Assembly: GCA_002718195.1 (NCBI GenBank)
Contig: PBDU01000017.1
Location: 53,818-117,817 of the forward strand
Origin: Methanobacteriota archaeon
GTDB lineage: Archaea > Thermoplasmatota > Poseidoniia > Poseidoniales > Poseidoniaceae
Length of the DNA: 64,000 nucleotides
Reading direction: 5' to 3'
How positions within the stretch are numbered: position 1 is the first letter of the stretch; each line of letters starts with the position of its first letter. A program made the translations under genes and the position numbers. This document shows positions 1-9,400 of the stretch, in pieces. Below the pieces are notes generated by a model, which did not search any database, was not told where the DNA came from, and saw only the letters and a list, made by a program, of their open reading frames with translations.

Positions 1-1755
1 GTCAACCCTCACGCAGACATCACATTCATCGATCCTGATGGAGAGGTATCACACTGGCCTAGGGTAACTGAAAGGTTGCCAAGAAAAGTTGATTCCATTA
101 AGCCACATCCAAGAGGAATAGAATTGGGGCAACTTCGAAGGATGCTTGAGATTACCAAACAACCGAGCTTGAGCTCGTTTTTACGTTTCGAATTCTCCGG
201 AGTTTCAACTCGCGCTGCAAAAGAGATGTGTGAGGTAGCAGAGTTAGCAGAATCTCCTAAGATTCATTTGCATAAGAGAAAGCCTAGTGGAATCAAAAAG
301 GAAGAAATAAGGTCCTTAGTAGAGGTTTTCCAAGGACAGAAAGGATTCATCAAAGGCTATCGAGGCTCAAAGGAAAAACACACATATGTTGAGGGGGCAA
401 AGAAGCCTGGAATGCCAGGAGAGAAAGTTTCTGACCTGATGCATAAGACGATTATGAGCGAATTAACAGGCAAAGGAATCGATGATGCGATTGCATATGT
501 CAAAAATCATACAGATTTTTATTGGGAAGAATCAATACAAGAATTGGAAGAAAAAATCCTGTCTAAGGTCGGGGAAGGACCATGGGATGAAAACCAAACA
601 GACCTGGTCAGCAAGTACATGAGAAGAGAATGGGACCCTAGAGTAACTTTCCAAGAGGTAAAACTACTCAACCCTCCTACAGATTGTCTTTCGCCAATAG
701 AGGAGATGTTGATCAAGAAAGGACTGAGTAAAGCCATAGACAGTAGATTTGTATCAACTATTACTAGATCGCCAAATGTATCTCACGGAAATCCTTTCCA
801 GATTGAAGTTGGTTTAATCTTTGGAAAGGGAATGCCGGCTGATTCCCATGTCGAAGTATTGAGATTTGCTAACCGTGTGCCTTTGATGTATCAGCAGGGA
901 GGTTGTTTGCTTACCAAAGCCATCGAAGAAGTTTCTTGGAAACAATATGGACTCGAGCAACCTGGAGGAAAGGGACTGCCAAAGGGTCCAGCAGCAGTAT
1001 TAGTGCATCTAGCAAGTACGAATGTACAGTTTACATCAGAAGCAAAAGAGGCTCTTGCAGATAATGAGGTAGTATTCGAGGAAGCAAAGAAAGCAATGCA
1101 AGAGATGGGCAGGAATCTCAAGAAACACCTTGCCAAGCGCAAGAAACTTGAGAAAACCAGAGAAAAGTTTGAGCTGATAAATGACATTTTACCCGCTATT
1201 GCAGAAAAGTCAGCAGGAATTTTAGAAAGACCAATCCCCGATTTGAGCAAGTCGATTACAAGTATAATGTCTGCAGTCATCGCAGAGTGTGATACTACCT
1301 GGAATAAGGAAACAAAGAATACCGATGTAGAAATCAGAATATTCAACTACACAAGTAGGTCTCGCGCTTATTCAATTCTAGCAAAGTGGCCTGAAAAGGA
1401 GGGTGCTACTTTAGAGAATAATGAAGTAGGCGGAAGGAAAGAAGTAACAGGAGTTTGGACTTGGAAATTACCGACTCTAGAGCCCGGTCAGCAATACAAA
1501 ATCACTTACTCCCTTGGGGGCTTGGAAAAAGGAGATTGGACGGAGACTGAAATATTCTATCGTGGTAGTGGCGACATCATCGGTGCTATGGAGATGGATG
1601 AGAAGTTGGTAAAACAAATCAGAGATCAAGAAAAAGCAGAATCTGAACCAGTGGTAAATGAAGAGAATGAAACTAGCCAAGAAGTAGAACATTCAGAGCC
1701 TGCATCTCCACCAAAAGAAAAGGGGCAAATGACACTTACCGGAGGTGACTTTTGA
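1..1755 (+). CDS. top6B: DNA topoisomerase VI subunit B (5' partial; reading frame is open from window position 1, ORF track start at 76 is an internal TTG)
   Basis: Transducer-domain motif ANRVPLMYQQGGC, H2TH-like region, acidic C-terminal tail; 4-nt ATGA overlap with downstream Top6A; GHKL ATPase N-terminus is missing, consistent with truncation at the window edge. Confidence 0.85.
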   Translation, partial: VNPHADITFIDPDGEVSHWPRVTERLPRKVDSIKPHPRGIELGQLRRMLEITKQPSLSSFLRFEFSGVSTRAAKEMCEVAELAESPKIHLHKRKPSGIKKEEIRSLVEVFQGQKGFIKGYRGSKEKHTYVEGAKKPGMPGEKVSDLMHKTIMSELTGKGIDDAIAYVKNHTDFYWEESIQELEEKILSKVGEGPWDENQTDLVSKYMRREWDPRVTFQEVKLLNPPTDCLSPIEEMLIKKGLSKAIDSRFVSTITRSPNVSHGNPFQIEVGLIFGKGMPADSHVEVLRFANRVPLMYQQGGCLLTKAIEEVSWKQYGLEQPGGKGLPKGPAAVLVHLASTNVQFTSEAKEALADNEVVFEEAKKAMQEMGRNLKKHLAKRKKLEKTREKFELINDILPAIAEKSAGILERPIPDLSKSITSIMSAVIAECDTTWNKETKNTDVEIRIFNYTSRSRAYSILAKWPEKEGATLENNEVGGRKEVTGVWTWKLPTLEPGQQYKITYSLGGLEKGDWTETEIFYRGSGDIIGAMEMDEKLVKQIRDQEKAESEPVVNEENETSQEVEHSEPASPPKEKGQMTLTGGDF

Positions 1756-2852
1756 TGTCTAGGGTTAGATCTAATGAGCAGACTAAGGAACATTTGCACA
1801 AAGTTGTAGCAGAAATGTATGACAAAATGGTCAAAGGTGAAGCACCGACGATGACATTACCAGTTCGTACAAAAAACAACATAACTTTTGATAGCAAGCT
1901 AGGGGTTTACAAGTACGGAAAAAGAAAATCGGTGAGAGATGCAACATCATTAGGTTCAGCCAAACAATTACTGAGGGCTTTGCATGTTGTTGAGTTCATT
2001 GAGGATATGATAGATTCGGGTAAGTCGAGCACTCTCAGAGAAATGTACTACATATCTGAGGGCTGGGGTTATGGAAAGTTCGGTTCACAAAATGACAGCA
2101 ATAACTTAGCCGAAGATCTGGAAGTAATCACCAAGTGTATGAGAGAAGATTTCAAGTTGAGGCCTGAGGAAGATGGCTCGAGAATCATTGGTAATCTTAC
2201 AATTAACGAACTGAACAGGCGTGGAGAGTGGATGAGGATTAATGCAAGGGACGATGTTGGAGATTCAGGCTATGGGGTTCCATACAATGTGGAGTCCGAA
2301 AAACTCGAACTTCTTGAACATGATATTGATTTCATAATGGCAATTGAAACCGGTGGTATGTTTGACCGATTGATTGAGAACGGTTTTGATGAGGATTACA
2401 GATGCGGTTTGGTTCACCTGAAAGGTCAGCCTGCCAGGTCTACTAGGAGAATAATCAAGAGGATGAGTGAAGAGTGGGATTTACCAGTTGTAGTATTTAC
2501 TGACGCAGATCCATGGTCATTCAGAATTTTTGCATCGATTGCATTTGGCGCTATCAAAACCGCACACATTTCAGAGTATCTTGCAACCCCTAGTGCGACC
2601 TATCTGGGTGTAACAAGCGATGATATTCTTGCATACGATCTCCCAAGTGACGAGTTATCTAAACAAGATATTCAAGCGCTTGAATCACAAAAGAGCGACC
2701 CTAGATTTACCGATGGTTGGTGGAGAGAACAAATTGAAATGATGCTTGAGATAGGAAAGAAATCCGAGCAACAATCACTTGCAAAATATGGTTTAGATTT
2801 CGTTACCGATACTTATCTACCTGAAAAATTGGGTGAGTTGGGACTTGCCTGA
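1752..2852 (+). CDS. top6A: DNA topoisomerase VI subunit A (Spo11 homolog)
   Basis: Toprim acidic motif VVVFTDADPWSF and IETGGMFDRL; translationally coupled to top6B (ATGA overlap); length 366 aa typical. Confidence 0.9.
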   Translation: MMSRVRSNEQTKEHLHKVVAEMYDKMVKGEAPTMTLPVRTKNNITFDSKLGVYKYGKRKSVRDATSLGSAKQLLRALHVVEFIEDMIDSGKSSTLREMYYISEGWGYGKFGSQNDSNNLAEDLEVITKCMREDFKLRPEEDGSRIIGNLTINELNRRGEWMRINARDDVGDSGYGVPYNVESEKLELLEHDIDFIMAIETGGMFDRLIENGFDEDYRCGLVHLKGQPARSTRRIIKRMSEEWDLPVVVFTDADPWSFRIFASIAFGAIKTAHISEYLATPSATYLGVTSDDILAYDLPSDELSKQDIQALESQKSDPRFTDGWWREQIEMMLEIGKKSEQQSLAKYGLDFVTDTYLPEKLGELGLA

Positions 2853-2896
2853 TAAGAATACGAGAGTAAAAAAGAGTAGAAATGTGAGATATAAGT

Positions 2897-3958
2897 ATGC
2901 AGGAGAAGCCAGTAAAGTCCAATCCATGGCCTAAGAGGTTACTCATTGCAGGGGGCATCATGCTGCTAATTGGTACCCTTGTTGTGTTTTCAAACTCAAA
3001 TAATCTTTTGGCTTCGTCTTCGCCTTTGACAAATAATATCCATAATCAAGTTGGCACATCCTCGTTCACAATTGAAGTAGATGAAACCAATTGCTACAAG
3101 TTAGTTTCAATTTATGATGACCCAGTGGTATCGGCTACAGTTAACGATCCTTTATCAGATTCTGGTGAAATCACTGCGGATAATTGTTTACCGGATTTCC
3201 GTCCCCAAGACAACGAATATGCATATGTCGTAATCGATGCATGGCAACTTGAAAACGGTAGTTACGAGGTTAGTATCCAGTGTCAAGAAGATGACTGTAG
3301 CACCACCTCGATTTACATGATAAATGCAAATTTAATTGCTCAATCATTCTTTTCTCTTCCTACTATTATCGGGTGTACATTGTGTTCTCTGGCTGCTTTC
3401 ATAATTCCCTTATCTGGAATTCTGATTTCGATTGATAACAGAAATAAAAAAGTTGTAATGCTAAACACTGACGGTTCTCAGATGCAATTCCAATCAATTG
3501 ATGAGATGAATAGAATGATTTTGGACGGCAGGTTCCAGCAAACTGAAGGAAATAATCAACAAGCCTCTCAAAATACTGTCCCTGATCCATTTGCTCCTGA
3601 ACAGCCCTCAAATCCACAGCAACAAGGATTTGCTGAAAATGATGCAGAAAACGATGCAGAAAATGGATACAATCAAGTCAGGGCCGGTCAACTTTTGACA
3701 ACCAACCAAATTTATGCGTTGATGCAAGGGGATTTAGAGAAAGCCAAGGACATCACGATGAAAAATATTGGAATTCAGCAGCCTAAACAAACCAAGCCTG
3801 ATGCAAATTACGCCTCCAAGGATACAATAGAAGCCTGGGATTCAGGAGGTGCGGTATCCAAACTGTCTCAAAAGAGCAATAATATCACAAAAACATCGTA
3901 TCCTAAACGAACTGAGCAAACCAAACCAGATAAGTGGAAAGAATGGGATGATAGTTAA
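2897..3958 (+). CDS. hypothetical membrane/secreted protein with N-terminal TM helix, central TM segment and AENDAENDAENG tandem repeat
   Basis: Long ORF; hydrophobic N-terminal segment LLIAGGIMLLIGTLVVF; second hydrophobic stretch around aa 150-175; no recognisable catalytic motif. Confidence 0.45.
   Translation: MQEKPVKSNPWPKRLLIAGGIMLLIGTLVVFSNSNNLLASSSPLTNNIHNQVGTSSFTIEVDETNCYKLVSIYDDPVVSATVNDPLSDSGEITADNCLPDFRPQDNEYAYVVIDAWQLENGSYEVSIQCQEDDCSTTSIYMINANLIAQSFFSLPTIIGCTLCSLAAFIIPLSGILISIDNRNKKVVMLNTDGSQMQFQSIDEMNRMILDGRFQQTEGNNQQASQNTVPDPFAPEQPSNPQQQGFAENDAENDAENGYNQVRAGQLLTTNQIYALMQGDLEKAKDITMKNIGIQQPKQTKPDANYASKDTIEAWDSGGAVSKLSQKSNNITKTSYPKRTEQTKPDKWKEWDDS
3636..3671 (+). repeat. 12-nt tandem repeat x3 encoding AEND-AEND-AENG
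   Basis: gctgaaaatgat gcagaaaacgat gcagaaaatgga within ORF 2897..3958. Confidence 0.7.
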
Positions 3959-4024
3959 ATTTCAAACGATTCGTGTCGCTTGGTTCAATAAGGAGGGCAT
4001 TCTAGGTAACCATGGGTTGTATAG

Positions 4025-4771
4025 ATGTCTGATATGGATACAGCACTTTCCCTGCTCCAAAATAAGCTTAGAAGACAAATTCTAGAGAGGTTGGTAAGAG
4101 AGCCTCACTACCCAATGCACCTAGCAGATTTAACTGGTGTATCTCAACAAGCCATAGTCAAACATCTAAGGGCGTTAGAACGAGGTGGCTTAGTTCAAAA
4201 AGAACAGGTCCCATCTGAGAAGGGCGGACCTCCAAAAACAGTTTATTCTGTTAATGATTCATTTTCATTAAGAATTGATCTAGGGCCAGATCTATTCAAT
4301 TGTGAACAACGAAAACTACCATCCGGCGGGCCAATGAGGCTTAGCAATAGATTGCCACAATCAGTAATTCCAATCGTAGATTCTGTATCAGGAAGAAAGA
4401 AGATTGCTGTTGGAGAAGGAATGGGATATCTTGGCGAATTAAACGAAGCCATTGAATCCCTAGATAGGCAACGAGACGCTCTTATTGCACTGCACCAACA
4501 AATAAGGGGCAGAATTGGAGCTGCTGTAGAAGCTGACTTCGATGTGTATGAAGAAAGGTCGATAGTTCATTCAATCGTAGAATCGAAGGGACAACTTGCT
4601 GATTTTTCCCGCTTAGCAGATGAGTTAAGATTAGAGACACCCGAATTCAATCAATTGATGAATCAAGTGAGCAAGAGATTAGAACACCAATTTGCCAAAA
4701 GAGCAGGACATGTTGTAGCTGTCAGCCCTACTAGCAGTTTGAAATGGTGGATTAATCCGAGTAAGGAATGA
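4025..4771 (+). CDS. winged helix-turn-helix (ArsR-like) transcriptional regulator with C-terminal coiled-coil extension
   Basis: N-terminal LADLTGVSQQAIVKHLRALERGGLV is a classic ArsR/SmtB-type recognition helix plus wing. Confidence 0.6.
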   Translation: MSDMDTALSLLQNKLRRQILERLVREPHYPMHLADLTGVSQQAIVKHLRALERGGLVQKEQVPSEKGGPPKTVYSVNDSFSLRIDLGPDLFNCEQRKLPSGGPMRLSNRLPQSVIPIVDSVSGRKKIAVGEGMGYLGELNEAIESLDRQRDALIALHQQIRGRIGAAVEADFDVYEERSIVHSIVESKGQLADFSRLADELRLETPEFNQLMNQVSKRLEHQFAKRAGHVVAVSPTSSLKWWINPSKE

Positions 4772-4775
4772 TTAA

Positions 4776-6326
4776 TCAATTAAATTCCCAATCTTCTGAA
4801 ACCCTGGCCCTGACTCTTCTATTTCTAAAACGTCTATTGGATATTTCTTGAGCTAAATCATTTGCAATTTCAACTGGGACCTCGATTACAGCCATTCTAG
4901 CAAGCAAATTGACCTTGCCTATCTGCTCTCCATCCACGACTCTGTTCGAAGTTGCGAGTTTCAAGACATCCCTCACGTTAGCTCCCTCACTCTTACCAAT
5001 GTTGATGATTATTGCACAAGTTCCTTGATTCTCTTCTTTTTGGGAACTTGAATATGCATTGGATATTGCCCTAAGTGCAATTTCATGGAGATCTAAACCA
5101 TTCGATAGAAGTGCATCTAATATGTCCTCTGATAGCGGGTTTGGTTTTGCTTCCATTAATTCATCTACAGAGTCATACAGCATTGCAGAATCTACATCTT
5201 CTTTTGTTGGCGCCTGGATATCATAAATTTCATTTCCGGATTTTCTAAGTTGTTTTAGACGATTCTTAGCCCTGGAGCCTGCAAAAATAATGCTTGTACC
5301 GTTCCTTCCCGCTCTTCCAGTTCTTCCAGTTCTATGGACATAAACTTCCTTTGTCATAGGCAGGTCGTCGTGTATAATCAAATCAACATGATCAACGTCT
5401 AGCCCGCGTGAAGCAACATCTGTTGCAATCAATAACTCTAGTTTACCTTCTCTAAATTGATTCATGCACCTTGACCTTTCATTCTGTGTGAATCCGCCGT
5501 GCAATACGCCTGCTCTAACTCCTTTGACGGCTTTCTGCAACTCCTCGACTCTTGCTCTTGTCTTACAGAAAACAATGGTTGCTCTTGGCTTCATTACTTT
5601 CAGCAAGTCTTCAATGACCTTTGGTCTCCTACCTTTATTGATTTGAATTACAAATTGTTCAATTGATGAAGGCGGAGATTGTTTGCCATCCATTCCTATT
5701 CTTACAGGATCTTGCATGGATTTTTCAGCAAATTTTCTTACGTGCTTGGGAAATGTAGCGGAGAAAAGAAGCACCTGTAATTCTTGATTCATATGGCTTC
5801 GAATGAAATTCAAATCCTCTGCAAATCCCATTGACATCATTTCATCCGCTTCATCAAGAATGAGCATTCCAAATTTGTCTAAGGATATCGTTTTCCTTTC
5901 TAGATGGTCTCTCATCCTTCCAGGAGTTGCGATAACTATCAGTTTTCCCTTCTTAGAAAGGTCTTTTTTCTGTGTTGAATATGATGCTCCACCAATGATT
6001 ACAGCAATACCGCTTTTATTGAAAGCATCTATCATCTGAAGTTCGGTACCAACCTGTTGAGCAAGCTCCCTTGTTGGGCACAAAACTAGAGCATTATCTG
6101 GAGAGAGTAAAGCAGGAATTCCAAATGCAAGTGTCTTTCCGGATCCAGTAGGAGAAGTAGCGAGTATATCTGCGCCGTTTTGAGCAATCGGTATTGCTTC
6201 TGCTTGGATAGGTGTCATTTCCTTAAATCCAGCTTTTGTGATACCTGTTTGAATCGATTTATTCAATTCTAGGTTTTCAAACGAATTGTTGCTCATGCTG
6301 AACCACCACCGAGTGGTGCCCGGCAA
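4776..6326 (-). CDS. DEAD-box ATP-dependent RNA helicase
   Basis: Q-motif (TPIQAEAIP), motif I ATSPTGSGKTLAF, motif II ILDEADEMM, motif III FSATF, motif VI HRTGRTGRAG; likely true start at the MSNNSFENLEL Met (about 6296). Confidence 0.92.
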   Translation of the reverse strand: MPGTTRWWFSMSNNSFENLELNKSIQTGITKAGFKEMTPIQAEAIPIAQNGADILATSPTGSGKTLAFGIPALLSPDNALVLCPTRELAQQVGTELQMIDAFNKSGIAVIIGGASYSTQKKDLSKKGKLIVIATPGRMRDHLERKTISLDKFGMLILDEADEMMSMGFAEDLNFIRSHMNQELQVLLFSATFPKHVRKFAEKSMQDPVRIGMDGKQSPPSSIEQFVIQINKGRRPKVIEDLLKVMKPRATIVFCKTRARVEELQKAVKGVRAGVLHGGFTQNERSRCMNQFREGKLELLIATDVASRGLDVDHVDLIIHDDLPMTKEVYVHRTGRTGRAGRNGTSIIFAGSRAKNRLKQLRKSGNEIYDIQAPTKEDVDSAMLYDSVDELMEAKPNPLSEDILDALLSNGLDLHEIALRAISNAYSSSQKEENQGTCAIIINIGKSEGANVRDVLKLATSNRVVDGEQIGKVNLLARMAVIEVPVEIANDLAQEISNRRFRNRRVRARVSEDWEFN

Positions 6327-6415
6327 TTGAGCGCCTGCCCTGCTCCATATAAACCCCCAATAGGGGATTTTGCATTATGATGGAGGTATTCAGTCTCCTT
6401 ACATTAGCCGAGTAA

Positions 6416-9400
6416 TCAATTCTCATCGCCGAGAACTGAAATCAAAGAGGATTGCTCCTCTATTCTGGATTTGACTTCAGCTCTTCTTGACTTTCCAACC
6501 ATGAACGCAACTGCGGTTAGGGCTATGGTTAGCAGAATAACCAATCCAGGCAATGCTGCTGCACCTACAACAACACTTGCTTGATCTAGAACTGGATTAT
6601 TCGATGACAAGTCTTGGTTGACAGCTATGATGTTGTCTCCTTCTCTAGTCTCAACAATTTCGTTACTTGGATCAACTATGACGAAAACACCGTGTTTACC
6701 AGCGCTTACTGGGTAGAGAAGGTATATTTCTACAACTTTCTCGTCTTCAGCATCCGTTGGCTCAAGAATTGCTCCAACGACTTGTCTCATAACAACGTCT
6801 TCTTCTGCACAACCTTCCTTCTTTAGGTCAGCTAATGTGCCAGACTTGCTGTTTCTTGCTTCACAAAGAATGACTTCGATATCTGTGGCATGTGTGTTAC
6901 CATCATTTGCAATGACTACTTGGATCGGTATAGTTTCATCAACGCTTGCAGAATTTTCAACAACTGTTGCCTCCTTAACAACCAAGTTAGGTGCTCTTAA
7001 TCTCAGCGTAACTACTAACTCGTTTGTATCCAGCAAATCTCCTTCCCAAGATGGTGAATCATCGTAATCACCATCATCTTCCATGTTACCGAACTCAGAT
7101 ACTACCTTGAGCCCGATATCTGTTGTGATAAGAGGAGTATTTGGTGCAACTGTTACGATTGCGACCATCTCAATGGTTTCATACGCATCCATTCTTGGTA
7201 GTTGGTATCTGCCATCAGGGAAGACCACGCATATATCATCTGGGAATATGGTTTCATCTGCATCGACTTCTGTACAAGGTGCTTCTTGTGTTATCTCGGT
7301 ATTTAGTGCTACCAATTGTCTCCACTCAACACTTGAGCCAGCAAGTGCTCCCATTCCTGGTGTTTCACTCATGAAGTCATCATCACCAATTTCTTGTGTA
7401 GTGTGATTATTCAATGATGGTGTGTCTGGAACGTTACCGTTGTTGGTAATGTTGACCGTGAACTTGACATTTCTTCCTGGGGAAGTGGTCTTAATCGCAT
7501 TGTCAACGTTTGAATCCATGATAATTTGCATATCATGGAATTCGTTGACTTGGACATTGAATATCATCTGATCTCTTAGTCTGGTGTCTCTTCCGGACGA
7601 ATCAGGATATGCCTCTTCAGAGAATGCTTGGAATACTACTGTGTATTCTCCCGCTTCAACTCTATCTGGTATCTGCATTTCAATATCAAACTCCTGGAAA
7701 GTATCTCTGCTCAGTTCGGTGAGAACATCTCTAGGAACGTCGATTTCCCACAAGACGTCAACTCCATCTGCGTCTGTTACTCTCGCCAATCTGAAATCGT
7801 ACCTATCAGGGCCATTTCCATCGTTGACGACGGTAATTGGTAGTATGATATCCTCTCCTGGATTCACGCTCAAGTCTGTGCCAACTTCTGGGTCAACGCC
7901 TGCATTCAGAGAATATACGTGAATTACATTCGTGGATAAAATCACAGAATCAGAAATTCTTGGATATCCCTCTAAGTTGGCTTTTAGAGTTACAGCAGGA
8001 CCTAGACCAGAACTTGCATTAGTTGGTGCACAAACCTCGACTCTTACTTCATATGCGACCATATCTGCTCCGCCTGGTAATTCCCACAATCTTGGTTCAC
8101 TCATTGGCAGGGAGTTGCCTCCAGGTGCATCTGAGAAATCAACATCGACAGTCCAGTGTTCCTGCCTCCATGTGCTCATTTCCATGCCATCGGGCTTAGC
8201 CTCTGGAGCTCCTGGAGTTGTGAATACCAAGTTTCCAGAATCAAAGTTCTTGGTGACTTCAATCGGGTAGGTTGCACACTCGCCCGGCAGGACATATTCG
8301 TTCGTGTCAAAGATTTCGAAAACAATGTTTCCAGTTGATCTAATCGATACGAATACTTGCAATTCCAAAATATCGTATGTACCTTGTTGTACAGATTTAA
8401 CCGGCTCTCCTTCAGACCATCCCTTCAGATATATTACGAATAATCCAGGGTCCTCAGTAGTTGGAACGCTTACCTCTAGATTCTTGGTAATCGACTGTCC
8501 AGGGTCAAGTGATACCGATGTAGGGAAGTTTACTTGCCAACCGAATGGAAGAACCCACTCTGTTTGTCCCTCAAGGGTATTTGGATCCCAGAATATGAAA
8601 CTATCATACACGTTACCAGTGTTGGTTATTGTGATTGAAAATATAGCGGACTGTCCTTGTTCGATATCTGCCATGCTGTGAGATGTATCAAGATTGATTC
8701 CATGGACAACATCCATCTTTGTTAGAGTGGTTAGAACAGATTGTATGGCAGGATCGCTTGTTGATTTCGCTTCGACTTCAATCTGTGCAAATTCATCTCC
8801 GTTTGCCTGATAAATCGACGGGGCTCTTACACGCATGTAGAATCTGATATCTTCTCCACCCATCAAGAAAATATCCGTGTCAGGGAAGATAGCAGTGTGG
8901 TTGCTTGCAAAGAACAGTGTCGCAGTCCAGTTTTGTGGTACACCAGATGAAATGTTGAGGTTGTAAGTGTCGGCAACAAGATCAGTTGGTCCCGGAGTTG
9001 AGTTGTTAACGGTTAAGTTGTACAAGGTCTGCTCTCCTGGCTCAATAACGTGATAGTATGTTTCTCCAGCGTCAAATTCAACGTCAACCTGCCCGGTCAA
9101 GATGTGAGAGTAACAAATTGTAAATCTGTTATTATTTGGATTCTGATCACACAGGTTGGTATCGGACCAACCTACGTGAGCACCGCTTCCCAAATCGTTA
9201 GCGAATGCAGGCGGCATACCTATGGAAGGTTGCCTTCCGTTGTCAGGCCCTAGTTTGTTTGAATTCCACGATGTGACCGTGTATGTTTCCCATGGGTCAA
9301 GTGCTGTTTCGCCAGGTCCAGTGTTGCTAGTTGAATTTAATCTGGTGTAAACAATTTCTTCACTAGCGGAAAGGTTTCCAGAGTCAACCCATGCAACGTG

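Noticed and set aside
3849-4085. 78-aa ORF bridging the end of 2897..3958 and the start of the ArsR-like gene
   Set aside because: It overlaps two better-supported genes in other frames and has no motif.
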